From a virus (taxonomy: Duplodnaviria; Caudoviricetes): a DNA stretch of 50,709 nucleotides. The first letter of the stretch is position 1. Each line of letters starts with the position of its first letter. This document shows positions 1 to 9,027 of this stretch, piece after piece. The notes beneath the pieces were generated by a model. The model saw nothing but the letters and a program-made list of their open reading frames with translations. It made no database searches and was not told where the DNA came from. The stretch is taken from positions 1 to 50,709 of IMG/VR virus record IMGVR_UViG_3300034100_000034. One strand, written 5' to 3'. Both the position numbers and the translations under genes were made by a program.

Positions 1-106
1 AGCACCAGTTTTCATTTTGCGCATGATTCTCTGCAGCTTCTTTTGAGCATTTCCGCCGCCGCCTTTGGTATATTGATTGATGCCTGTTGGGTTGTTGTTC
101 ATGATT
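1..106. repeat. 106-bp direct repeat of 49614..49719 (contains 5' part of small basic ORF MNNNPTGINQYTKGGGG)
   Basis: Sequence identical to 49614..49719 by direct comparison; ATG at 102 on minus strand. Confidence 0.95.
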
Positions 107-465
107 TACGTCCTCAAGTGAATATCGTACAACACTCGCGTTCCAGCCGGGTTGACTTCGCCAATTGAGGCGATGACGTACTCGACGCCACCGATGATGA
201 AATGATCCTGTGCGTTGATTGCTGCCGTCGGGTCGAGCAACAGGCGCTTGTCGCCGCCCTGAATCAGCGTGCCGCGCTCCAGCGTCTGGCCGGCGCCGAA
301 GTCCAGTAACGCGCCCTTGCGCGTCGTGTCGGCGGTCGTGGGCGTAGTGGTGCCGGTGGCTGGGTCATACGTGCCCGGCGTGTAGCTTCGGCGCGTGACG
401 CTCTGCCCGAATTCGGTCAGGAGCTCCAGCGCGGTCGCAGCAGTGTCGGCGTAGGCGAAGGTCAT
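106..465 (-). CDS. Head closure / head-tail joining protein, copy A
   Basis: 119 aa, YDPATG and IQGGDKRLLL motifs; follows adaptor gene; close paralog at 49115..49474. Confidence 0.75.
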   Translation of the reverse strand: MTFAYADTAATALELLTEFGQSVTRRSYTPGTYDPATGTTTPTTADTTRKGALLDFGAGQTLERGTLIQGGDKRLLLDPTAAINAQDHFIIGGVEYVIASIGEVNPAGTRVLYDIHLRT

Positions 466-971
466 GTCCTCACCAATGAAATTTGCGAGCTGCCCAGCTT
501 CAGCAACGGCCGCAGCAGCGCGTCAACCGCCGCGTACCGCACAGCCGCCGAGCTGCCGGCTTCATAGGTTGTGCTGATGGGGCCGACGGTGACGCTGGCT
601 TTGCGCTGGGTTTGGTCCGCCAGCAGGTCCCCGGCCACAGCCTTCAGCGCCAGCGCGGCGCAAGCGTTTTGAACTTCCTGCGGCACGACGTTGGTGGCGT
701 AATACTGGGCGTAGGCGATGTCTTTGCGCGGCACCAGCCGCCGTGGCCAGTCCAGCGCTTGCTCTGCCGTCATACGCTCCCCGGCCCAGCGCATCCGGTA
801 AGCGCCCGTCATGTACTCCGTGGCGCGCCGCGCCGCCTCTTCCATTTGCGGCGTCGTCAGCGCGGCCCACGCGGCATTGCCGCGTGCGGAGTGGTAGGTG
901 GAGATTGCGGCCGTTGACGCGTAGCTTTCCGCAGTCGTCAGGCCGGTTCCGTCTTCAACGATCAGGGCCAT
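462..971 (-). CDS. Head-tail adaptor (DnaT-like phage family), copy A
   Basis: MALIVEDGTG...SYAS, QALDWPR, VGPISTTY motifs; downstream of capsid. Confidence 0.8.
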   Translation of the reverse strand: MALIVEDGTGLTTAESYASTAAISTYHSARGNAAWAALTTPQMEEAARRATEYMTGAYRMRWAGERMTAEQALDWPRRLVPRKDIAYAQYYATNVVPQEVQNACAALALKAVAGDLLADQTQRKASVTVGPISTTYEAGSSAAVRYAAVDALLRPLLKLGSSQISLVRT

Positions 972-1026
972 GACTTACGCTGCGTCGAGCAATGCGCGCA
1001 GATCCGCTTTCTTTGCGTCTCCGGGG
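900..1026. repeat. 127-bp exact repeat of the contig end 50583..50709
   Basis: Direct comparison; 127 nt is a common assembler k-mer length. Confidence 0.95.
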
Positions 1027-1208
1027 ATCGCGACTCCCTTGGCGGTGAGCGCCTCTTTCAACTCCGCAACCGTCAGACCTTCTGAATTCAGTGCCTCATC
1101 AGCGTCGAAACGCTCGTGGACAGCCGGATCGAAATCGGCCTCGTTGATGACAAAGAAACCTTGTTCGTTGTCGAACTTGACCTTGACAGTTGGACAGGAA
1201 TTGCTCAT
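975..1208 (-). CDS. Small HeH/SAP-like domain protein
   Basis: C-terminal LTVAELKEALTAKGV...AKKADLRALL; GGAGG RBS; after capsid. Confidence 0.75.
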   Translation of the reverse strand: MSNSCPTVKVKFDNEQGFFVINEADFDPAVHERFDADEALNSEGLTVAELKEALTAKGVAIPGDAKKADLRALLDAA

Positions 1209-1221
1209 GTGACCTCCAAAG

Positions 1222-1254
1222 AATGAAAACTGCGCAGAACAGTCTGCGCAGCTT
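1222..1254 (-). terminator. Probable intrinsic terminator after capsid gene
   Basis: CTGCGCAG-N6-CTGCGCAG stem followed by TTTTC on minus strand. Confidence 0.55.
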
Positions 1255-1269
1255 TAGCCCATCAACCGA

Positions 1270-2409
1270 TCAACCCAGCAGGACGGCCGAGTGCTCAGGC
1301 TTCATGTTGGCCACGCCCCAAGCGAGACCGATGAAGTACCCGCCCATGCGGAAACCAGGGTAGTACGCCAGCTCAAAGCTGAGACCCGACCGGGGATCGG
1401 TCAGCACGGTGCGGTCGCTCGCCAGGTCACCATCTTTCGGCAGCGCAGGCAGCCGAGTGGCCAGCGCCATCGAGTTGCGCGAGAACGCCATGCTGCGGAC
1501 GGAGGTGCCGCCGACGGTCATCGCGACGGCAGAGGCGGGGATTGCCTGGCGCAGACCGGGCGCAGCAATCACGATGGTGCCCGGAGCAGCGACGCCGGTG
1601 ACGACCATGTACTTGTTGGTGTCGCCGGCAAACGTCACAAAATCCCCGGCCAGCACCGTGCCCGAGCCCGTGATGATGGCGATTGACGTTGCGCCGACCG
1701 CGAAGCCTGCGGTCGAGGTGGTGTAGGCGGCGCCGGTGCCCTTGGTGAAGCTCGCGACCTGTGCAGACTCACGGATACCGAAGTTGTGAATGTCCAGCAG
1801 CAAGCCCTGGCGCAACATGGTGGTGTCGGCGGCTTCGTTCGCTTTGGTCAGCTGAGTCAGCGCGCGCATACGGGCGCCGGCCGTGGTGTCGATGACCACT
1901 TGCCGGTCAGAAGGCGGAGCGCCGTTGTCGTCCAGAATCTTGCGCAGCTGGGCGATGTCGGACAGGTCCGAGGCGAAAGGCGCAGTGCCGGCGGTGCCGT
2001 AGGCGCGCGAAGCGTAGATGTGCAGCGCGGCGGCATCTGCTTCGACCTCGTTCACGAGCACGCGAATGGCCTGCGCAATCTGGTCCTGCTGCACGGAGAG
2101 ATAACCCGGACCGGTGTCGGCGGACTTCTGGTCCTCGCCGGACCACTCGAATGCGGCGAACTTCGACTTGGTGATCGACAGCGTGCGATTGCCGATGGTC
2201 TGTGCGGCGGGCGTGGGCACTGTCATCGCGGGCGTGATGCTCGCCGTGGTGTTTGCGGGGGCGACAAACGAGCGAATCGTCTGGTTCAACGCGGCTCGGT
2301 CTGCGGTCATGTCGCGCTGCATTGCCGGGATGAACCCGACCAACTCGCGGGAAACAACGTCCAGCGCAGCATAGGCGTCAGGCAGGAGGGAGGTGAGGGT
2401 GGTAGCCAT
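1270..2409 (-). CDS. Major capsid protein (P22 coat-like family)
   Basis: 379 aa, ALDVVSRELVGFIP start and WGVANMKPEHSAVLLG end; follows scaffold. Confidence 0.9.
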   Translation of the reverse strand: MATTLTSLLPDAYAALDVVSRELVGFIPAMQRDMTADRAALNQTIRSFVAPANTTASITPAMTVPTPAAQTIGNRTLSITKSKFAAFEWSGEDQKSADTGPGYLSVQQDQIAQAIRVLVNEVEADAAALHIYASRAYGTAGTAPFASDLSDIAQLRKILDDNGAPPSDRQVVIDTTAGARMRALTQLTKANEAADTTMLRQGLLLDIHNFGIRESAQVASFTKGTGAAYTTSTAGFAVGATSIAIITGSGTVLAGDFVTFAGDTNKYMVVTGVAAPGTIVIAAPGLRQAIPASAVAMTVGGTSVRSMAFSRNSMALATRLPALPKDGDLASDRTVLTDPRSGLSFELAYYPGFRMGGYFIGLAWGVANMKPEHSAVLLG

Positions 2410-2526
2410 GATGCAATGTCCTTGCGAAAAAGATGGTCAAACGATTGTTTAGTCCATCCCGGACATTGCTGTTGGGCACCCGGCCCAGTTGAACCCGACC
2501 AGCATCACGCCGGTCGGGTTTCCGCC

Positions 2527-2555
2527 ATTATGACGCCATTCTGTGTGCGAAGCAA
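2527..2555 (-). promoter_or_regulatory. Sigma70-like promoter for capsid gene
   Basis: TTGCTT-N17-CATAAT on minus strand. Confidence 0.6.
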
Positions 2556-2574
2556 ATTTATTTTGTCCGCGCGC

Positions 2575-3360
2575 TCAGTCCACGATGTTGTGGGACTTGG
2601 CGACCGAAGCCTTCTCCCGCGCCGGCAACGCCTCGAACGCCGCGCGGGTGATGGTCTTGCCGCCCGCGCCCGCGCCGCCAGACCCGCCCGCGCCGCCGCC
2701 GGAAGCGCCAGCCGGGAACCAATGCGGCGCCGCCTCCTTCATCGTCTCCAGCCATTCGGCCGGGGTGAAGGGCGTCTTGCCGTCCTTGCCCAGCACCGCG
2801 TGGCCGTCGGCGCCCAACTGCACGGCGTCGCCCTTGGAGTCCAGGGAGAACAGCGCACGGGCGCGCAGCAGCGCATCGTCCACGGCGAACGCATGGATGC
2901 CTGCTTTTGCGGCTGCGGCGCGGATGTGGTTGTCGAGAACGCGTCCTTTGAAGGTGTTGGCCACCTCAGTAGCTTCTTTTTCGCGCGCGACCGCTGCGTC
3001 AATGAGCTTTTGCTGGGCGGCGTCGCGCTTTGACATGCGTTTCGAGATCACTTCGTCAACTTTGCCCGCCGCGATCAGCGCGGCCTCTTCCTCGTTGTCG
3101 AACTTGCTGAGCAACGCACGGGTCTTTGCCGGGTCGATGCCCTCGAAATCCTTCAGCGCATCGGCCACAGCCTGCGCACTGGCGGCCTTGGCGGCCTTGA
3201 CGGCGTCGCGCTCTTTGCTGAGGGCGGTCTTGAGGCCGGAAACGTCTTCGATCTCGACTTTGCTTGGGTCGAGCTTAAATTTTGTTCCGTCCTGCACATA
3301 CCAGGCGCGCTGCGCTTCGGGGATGGTGTCGAGGGTGTCTGCTGCTAGGGCGATTGCCAT
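2575..3360 (-). CDS. Capsid scaffolding protein
   Basis: DVSGLKTALSKER coiled coil, APHWFP plus Gly-rich tail; AAGGA RBS before ATG 3360. Confidence 0.8.
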   Translation of the reverse strand: MAIALAADTLDTIPEAQRAWYVQDGTKFKLDPSKVEIEDVSGLKTALSKERDAVKAAKAASAQAVADALKDFEGIDPAKTRALLSKFDNEEEAALIAAGKVDEVISKRMSKRDAAQQKLIDAAVAREKEATEVANTFKGRVLDNHIRAAAAKAGIHAFAVDDALLRARALFSLDSKGDAVQLGADGHAVLGKDGKTPFTPAEWLETMKEAAPHWFPAGASGGGAGGSGGAGAGGKTITRAAFEALPAREKASVAKSHNIVD

Positions 3361-3590
3361 GATTTTTGGTCCTTGCTCTTCACCGGCAATCCCTGCCGGC
3401 ACGGGTTTGGCCGCGTCCTGCGACCGAAATCGTTACCCCATCATCAGGCGGTCTTGACGCCTTGCGGCGCTGATGGGTTGTCCTTCGCACCTTGTCCTGA
3501 TCGCGCCGCTGGTGCAGTGGCGAGAGGTCCGCCCGGCATTTACCCGTGCCGGGTCCCGATTCAGGTTCTCGGGGTGTCTCGGGTGTGTGT

Positions 3591-4580
3591 TCATTTGTGC
3601 CGCGCTCGCAGCTGGTCCAGCGTCAGCGGGCGCCCTGCGCCAGAGGTCAGGTCTGTGAGCGTGATTTTACCGTCGCGCCACATCTGCGCACGCCCCGGCC
3701 CCAGCACCTCGTCCTGAAACGCCTTACCCTGCCGGTCCAGAAAATCGCTGAACGTGGTCTTGCTGCTCACCTGCCCCTCCGACGACGCGCGGGTGCCGGG
3801 GGCCAGGTCGGACAGCGCGGTCTCGGGCACCAGCACGCAGCGGTCGTTGAAGTGCAGGGGAGGATTCAGAAACGCCTCAGCGCCCGCAATCGGGGTGCCG
3901 TCCACCCGCCATTTCATCCCGTCGCGCGCGCCGCATCGGGCGCAGGTGTGCGCGTCAAGCGTGGCCATCCAGCGCAGCGCGGTGATCACGTCCGAGTTGG
4001 CCCGGAACGTGGCCAGCCGCGCGTCATTGGCCACCGTCTGTACCGACGTCTGCACCAGCGCGGCGGCGTTGCGGCGGGTGACGTCGAGTTCGGCGCGCAC
4101 GCGGCGGATGATTTGTTGATTGGTCTCGGCGGCGACCAGTCCCTGGCGCACGGCGGTGGAGAATCGGAAGGCGACATCTGCTGCTTGCCGCGCCCACCAC
4201 GCTTTCTGCGTAGCGCCCATGACGATGGCGTCGCCGGCCAGCGTCCGCATAGCGTCGAAGGCAGGCAATGCTGGCGCGACACCCTCACCCAGCCCAACAC
4301 TCAGAGAGCGCGCTGCGCTGGTGGCGGCAACTTGGCCTAGTTCGGTGGTGGTGTCGATGGCGGTGCGGGCGATATCGTCATAATGCCGCCGGATCAGCGC
4401 GGCGATTTCAGCCATTTGCTGCGAGATGCGCGCTTGGCTCCAGTCGGTGACGCCGGCCGCAACTTGCGCGATCAGCTCCGCCTCCATCCGCTTCAGCAGC
4501 GCCACGATCCGCGCCCGTTCGTGAGCGTCAAAGCGCGCCAGGTCCAGCATCCACAGCAGGGATTTATCGGTTGAGGGCAT
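3591..4580 (-). CDS. Head morphogenesis protein (SPP1 gp7 / Mu gpF family)
   Basis: WMATLDAHTCARCGARDG and PPLHFNDRC motifs. Confidence 0.9.
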   Translation of the reverse strand: MPSTDKSLLWMLDLARFDAHERARIVALLKRMEAELIAQVAAGVTDWSQARISQQMAEIAALIRRHYDDIARTAIDTTTELGQVAATSAARSLSVGLGEGVAPALPAFDAMRTLAGDAIVMGATQKAWWARQAADVAFRFSTAVRQGLVAAETNQQIIRRVRAELDVTRRNAAALVQTSVQTVANDARLATFRANSDVITALRWMATLDAHTCARCGARDGMKWRVDGTPIAGAEAFLNPPLHFNDRCVLVPETALSDLAPGTRASSEGQVSSKTTFSDFLDRQGKAFQDEVLGPGRAQMWRDGKITLTDLTSGAGRPLTLDQLRARHK

Positions 4581-4865
4581 TCACTTCTTCGCGCGCTTTT
4601 GTGGCCACGGGCGCAGCTGGATCTTCTTGACTGGCAGGTTCTCTCCGGCCGCGAAACAGTCCTTGATGAACTTGCGCTCCAAAAAGTTCGGCGCCCCAAA
4701 CGTCACCACCATCTCCTCGCGTGTGTGGCGCGTCTGCGGCCTGTGACGCCAAGTGGCGCGCACCACCAGCCGGGAACCGAGGTACTTGATGGCGGTCTTG
4801 GCGTCGCTCGCCAACAGCGCACCAATAACGGCAGCGAAGGTTGTCTTTCCGATCATGAGTTTCAT
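4581..4865 (-). CDS. Hypothetical basic protein
   Basis: AAAGGAG RBS before MKLMIGK; 94 aa. Confidence 0.65.
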   Translation of the reverse strand: MKLMIGKTTFAAVIGALLASDAKTAIKYLGSRLVVRATWRHRPQTRHTREEMVVTFGAPNFLERKFIKDCFAAGENLPVKKIQLRPWPQKRAKK

Positions 4866-4893
4866 GGCGACAGCTCCTTTGGTTGAAATTCGA

Positions 4894-5154
4894 TCATGCC
4901 ACCCCCGCGCGCGTCTTGTAAGCGCTGGCGAGCTGCGCGTTGATGGCGTGGAAAATGGGCGCAGCCTCTGCGTACTCCATCCCCAGCAGCTCATCGCTAG
5001 TAACGCGCCGCCCGTCCAGCGTCACCGCGCGCTCCGCCAACGCGACAACAAACAGAAACCCCGTGTATTGGGAGGCGATGCAGATGTCGGCCACGGTGAT
5101 CACTTCCACGCGCGCGAACGCTCCGCTGGGCAGGACGCATTCGGTTGGGGCCAT
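4894..5154 (-). CDS. Hypothetical protein
   Basis: 86 aa ORF abutting portal stop codon. Confidence 0.6.
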   Translation of the reverse strand: MAPTECVLPSGAFARVEVITVADICIASQYTGFLFVVALAERAVTLDGRRVTSDELLGMEYAEAAPIFHAINAQLASAYKTRAGVA

Positions 5155-6549
5155 TCAAGCGCCGATCATGTCGATTGGCCCAGCCGACCCGATGCGCTCC
5201 TGCTCCTGTTCGAAGGTCAGATCGCTGTTGATCACCTCGCCCTGCTTCAGATTGTCGAACAGCGTCTCCTGACTGATTGCGCCCGACTGCCATGCCGCGA
5301 CGAGCGCCGCCATCGCCTGCGGAGTCATGTCCTGCGGCAAGAAGTCCCGGCTCAGCTCGTACCGCACCGGCCCGGCCGCGCCGGCCCACTCCGCCAACCA
5401 CCCCAGCGCCCGCGTCAAGCCCTGCGACACCGTTTGTGCCATGCTGGCCAGTACGGCCTCTTCGCCTGCCTGGCGCCGGGCTACAGTCTCAGCGGCTTCG
5501 GCATTGCCACCGGTCTTGCCGCCCTCAAGCATCCGAGCTCCAAGAACAGCCATCTCGCGCTTCTTGTCTTCCAGGTTGGTGCGCAGCGCAGAGAACTCGC
5601 TTTCGACCTCGACGTAGTAGGCCTTGGCGTTGGGGTTGCCCAATGCGTTGGCCGTGGAGCCTCCGATGCTGATGCTGTTGTCGCTGTCCTCCATGCCAGA
5701 GACGAACATGGTGGGCAGGCCGGAGAAGAAGCACCCACGCTCGTAGCTGGTGGCTTGGCGGTAGTGGTGGAAGTTGGTGGTGACCAAGTCCATCAGCGGT
5801 GGCACGTCCACGTCCGGCCCAACGCAGTCCACGCCAATGAACACAAACGGGATGAACGTCATTGGCGCGCCGCCCATCGTCGGCATCACCGTCTCCACCA
5901 GCACCTCATCGCCCTTTTCGTCAATGCGGTACAAGCGCTGGCGATACTTGCCGTCCAGCAGGTCCAGCACCCGGTAGCGCTTCTCGCTCTTGGTGGCGAA
6001 CTCGTCCTCCGTGTCCAGCGCCGCCTCCTCAATCAGCCGCACCTGCGTCAACACCGTCAAACCATTCACCCGTGCCGTGTGCCAGTTGTACACGGAGTCC
6101 GCTTCGTACACACTGATCAGCGGGCGCAACTTCATCGTCAACGCGTCCGCGCGGGTGAGACCGAGGGGTGCGGCGGGGTAGTCCACCAACAGCCCCACGC
6201 GCCCGAGCGTCAACGCCTCCTCCACCACCTCCTGCGCCAGCCCGTTCATCGTCGTGCCTGCGCCGTCCACGTCCTCCATCAGCGGCCCCAGCGCAGCGGG
6301 CGCCTCCAACGTGGGGGGCTTGCGGAACAACATCCCACGCAACCCAACGATGGTACGCCACGTGGCGTTGAACCATGGCGTCATCAGCAGCCGCGCCTTG
6401 TACGCTACGTCGTCCTCGCCCGACAGCCGGGGCAGGTACGTTTCGCGCTCGGCATGCACGGCGTGTTCGCCTTCGGCAGCAGCGGTGCACATGGCCCAAA
6501 GGGGCTTGGCGTCAACAAACGCCTTGTGCTCGGTGCGGAGCTCGCTCAT
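5155..6549 (-). CDS. Portal protein (DUF4055-type)
   Basis: 464 aa, YLPRLSGE, DVDGAG, GRVGLLVDYP, PPLMDL, WQSGAISQETL; follows TerL. Confidence 0.9.
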   Translation of the reverse strand: MSELRTEHKAFVDAKPLWAMCTAAAEGEHAVHAERETYLPRLSGEDDVAYKARLLMTPWFNATWRTIVGLRGMLFRKPPTLEAPAALGPLMEDVDGAGTTMNGLAQEVVEEALTLGRVGLLVDYPAAPLGLTRADALTMKLRPLISVYEADSVYNWHTARVNGLTVLTQVRLIEEAALDTEDEFATKSEKRYRVLDLLDGKYRQRLYRIDEKGDEVLVETVMPTMGGAPMTFIPFVFIGVDCVGPDVDVPPLMDLVTTNFHHYRQATSYERGCFFSGLPTMFVSGMEDSDNSISIGGSTANALGNPNAKAYYVEVESEFSALRTNLEDKKREMAVLGARMLEGGKTGGNAEAAETVARRQAGEEAVLASMAQTVSQGLTRALGWLAEWAGAAGPVRYELSRDFLPQDMTPQAMAALVAAWQSGAISQETLFDNLKQGEVINSDLTFEQEQERIGSAGPIDMIGA

Positions 6550-7871
6550 AGGCCACCCCTAATTGGTATTTGTCGCGTGTCGCGACCGTAAATCGGGAAT
6601 TCATAATCGATGAAGTACCGCACCGCCGTCCCGACGTGTTGGTACTCGCTGTCCTCTTCCAGAAAGGTGCTGCCTTTTTTCAGCTGTCCCGTGGCCAGCG
6701 CCTTGTGCACGTAGGGCGCAGTGTTGGGGTTCACAAACAGCGCGCGGTCCCCGGCGGCGTTGGCGATTTTGGCGCGCACGGCGTTCTGGCCATCCTTGAT
6801 GCTGCGGGTGGAGGGGCGCACCTTGCGGGTGTAGGTCCAGTTGTGGTCGCGCAGTATCGTCTCAATCTCGATGTAGTCGCTGGACTGTCCGTGCTTCTCA
6901 CCGGCCTTGCCAGACGGATCGCCGTACACGACCACGTGGCGGTTCTGGTGCTCCTTGTACCGCTCCACAAACTCCAGCGCCGACTGGCGCGCCACGGCGC
7001 TGGTGAGGATGATCTCTTCCAAGAACAAAATCTCCTCCCCGCGCATCACACCCACAAAGCTGCTCAGCGGAGAGAAGTTGAAGTCGTGGCCCCACAACAG
7101 TTGTTCGTGCGGCTCGATGCGCGCTGCCGTGTGGTTGGCTTGGCTGTAGTCTTCGTAGATGCGGCCGCTGGCGGTCTCGAATGACGCTTCATATTCCTGG
7201 CGGAACTGCTTAAGCGACATACGCTTCTTGGCCGCCTCAATCACGTCCGGGGGCAGGATGTCGGCGCTCTTCCACGTGTACAGCGCCCAGTCCGGATCGC
7301 CCGATGTGCGGGCGTACTCCGCCATGTCAAAGTAGTGGTTCATGCCATCAGGCACCCCCAGCAGCCAACACCACGCACGCTTGTTGGGGTTGCGGGGGTC
7401 AAAGGTGTCGAGCGCGGGGCTGATGTTCTCGGGCCAAGCGTTTTCTTTCACGTCCGCAATCTCGTCCACCACGCCGCCGTCCCAGAACACACCCTCCATC
7501 CGCTGGGGCTGGTCCAGCCCAATGAGGCTGATGCTGCTGCGGTTTGGCAGGCGGATGATCAGGTCCGACTCGCTGGGGGCTGTGGGCATGATGCTGGTGA
7601 AGCTCAACCGTTTCATGTCTTGCCAATAAATCCGTTTCACCTGATCACGGGTGGGCGCCGCGATGAAGTAGTCGCCCGGGGTGCGCAGCGCTTCGCGCGC
7701 GACGTAGCGCTTGGCGCGCTCGGTCTTGCCGCTGCGACGGCCGGCGGGGATGACTTTGAAGCGTGCCGTTTCCGTCACCAGCCGCGTCTGCACCGGGTGC
7801 GCAATGAGCGGGTACCACCGGGCGAGGTCGGTCTCGTACGTGGCGGGGGCTAGACGCTCCTCGACCATCAT
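6546..7871 (-). CDS. terL: Terminase large subunit
   Basis: Walker A AGRRSGKT, Walker B VVDE, nuclease GHDFNFSP and YGDPSG; ATGA overlap with terS stop. Confidence 0.92.
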   Translation of the reverse strand: MMVEERLAPATYETDLARWYPLIAHPVQTRLVTETARFKVIPAGRRSGKTERAKRYVAREALRTPGDYFIAAPTRDQVKRIYWQDMKRLSFTSIMPTAPSESDLIIRLPNRSSISLIGLDQPQRMEGVFWDGGVVDEIADVKENAWPENISPALDTFDPRNPNKRAWCWLLGVPDGMNHYFDMAEYARTSGDPDWALYTWKSADILPPDVIEAAKKRMSLKQFRQEYEASFETASGRIYEDYSQANHTAARIEPHEQLLWGHDFNFSPLSSFVGVMRGEEILFLEEIILTSAVARQSALEFVERYKEHQNRHVVVYGDPSGKAGEKHGQSSDYIEIETILRDHNWTYTRKVRPSTRSIKDGQNAVRAKIANAAGDRALFVNPNTAPYVHKALATGQLKKGSTFLEEDSEYQHVGTAVRYFIDYEFPIYGRDTRQIPIRGGL

Positions 7872-8470
7872 ACCGGCAACCTGTCCGCGATGCCGCGCAG
7901 CTGCGCGGCGAGGTCCTGCATGTCGCCCCCGGCATTCGGGGCGCGGTCGCCGTAGATCTTTGGCAAACACTTCGACAGGAGCCATTTCCGAGAGTCGATC
8001 TGCAAGCGCGCACGCGCCGCCATGTCGCCGTAAACAACTTCCACGCCGCCGTCCGCCTTCTCCGTGATCGTCGTTCCGATGCGACAATCGTCGGACAGGT
8101 CTATGATTTGGTCAGCCATCTTTTCATAGCCAGCCAACCTGGCTTCCGCGTATTGCTTTTTTCTGTCGGGAGTCTCTTTCGCCCACTTCAGAAATTCGCA
8201 CGAGCTGGGCGCACCCTCCACAGCAGCCAGCGATTTGTTCAGCGTCTTGCCACCCTCCAGCTCCGCAATCACCAACGACCACAACGCCGACTGCTCGTCC
8301 GGGGAATAGCGCCTGCCTTTCGGCGAGACGGGCCGCTCGACGTGTTGGATGGCCTTTAGCGCTGCGAGCGCTGATTTTGATGGGGGGTTGCCGCCCGAGG
8401 ACGCGCGGGCCGCGCCCGTGGGCTTCTTGGCTTTCTTGGCTTTCTGCGGGGGAGACTTGTTTGTTGGCAT
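7868..8470 (-). CDS. terS: Terminase small subunit
   Basis: YAEARL...ADQIIDLSD...RARLQIDSRKWLLSK..PKIYGD motif. Confidence 0.88.
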   Translation of the reverse strand: MPTNKSPPQKAKKAKKPTGAARASSGGNPPSKSALAALKAIQHVERPVSPKGRRYSPDEQSALWSLVIAELEGGKTLNKSLAAVEGAPSSCEFLKWAKETPDRKKQYAEARLAGYEKMADQIIDLSDDCRIGTTITEKADGGVEVVYGDMAARARLQIDSRKWLLSKCLPKIYGDRAPNAGGDMQDLAAQLRGIADRLPV

Positions 8471-8496
8471 CAGAAACCCAATTTACACACCACGGC

Positions 8497-8525
8497 ATTA
8501 TGCCTGATTTCCTGCCGCGCATCAA
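8497..8525 (-). promoter_or_regulatory. Sigma70-like promoter for packaging operon
   Basis: TTGATG-N17-CATAAT on minus strand, 27 nt before terS start. Confidence 0.6.
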
Positions 8526-8639
8526 AACGCAGCATAAATTCCATTCTACCGGGGGGTCCACTGGCGAGGAAATCGACTTTTCCGCAGCCGCGCCGCGCTG
8601 GCGTTGAGTTCTCTGCCAAGAATCAAGGCCCGGCGCAGC

Positions 8640-9005
8640 CGCGTCTCGGGTTCGGGCTTGGACGCCGCGCGGGCGTTGAGTTCCTGCAGACGGAAAACCC
8701 GAGAACCCGAGAAACCCGAGATGCCCTATTCTTTGGTTTTACATAATATAAATCAATTTCCCTTAAATCAATTAACTTGTATAGACCGGAGGTGTAACTC
8801 GGGTTCTCGGGTTTCTCGGGTTTTTGGATTTTAAAATCACGGCGCGGCGCGGCGAAAACGCACAGGCCCGAGATTCGACTGCGCGGCACCGTGATTCCAA
8901 CATCCGCGCCCAACGCCCGCGCGGCTCGCCGGCCAGGCCCCAAATTTCACCAAAAACCCGAGATTTCGCAATCTCGGGTTTTCCGGCCCGAGAAACCCGA
9001 GATTT
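8640..9005. repeat. Putative replication origin: ~12 CCCGAGA iterons in both orientations around an AT-rich core
   Basis: CCCGAGA at 8698, 8706, 8715, 8867, 8957, 8987, 8996; (T)CTCGGG at 8644, 8798, 8805, 8814, 8972; AT-rich 8727-8783. Confidence 0.75.
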
Positions 9006-9027
9006 AGATCCACTGCACACGCGGCGC

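Noticed and set aside
106-971. Diversity-generating retroelement TR/VR pair with 49115..50512
   Set aside because: Differences are not adenine-specific and no reverse transcriptase is present.
1-1026. Physical direct terminal repeats
   Set aside because: The matches are offset and one is exactly 127 bp, more consistent with assembly-graph branching.
4753-6591. Long antisense ORFs (also 1786..3033, 9199..10581, 24533..25954, 28801..30186, 41885..43006)
   Set aside because: Shadow frames of GC-rich genes with no recognisable motifs.
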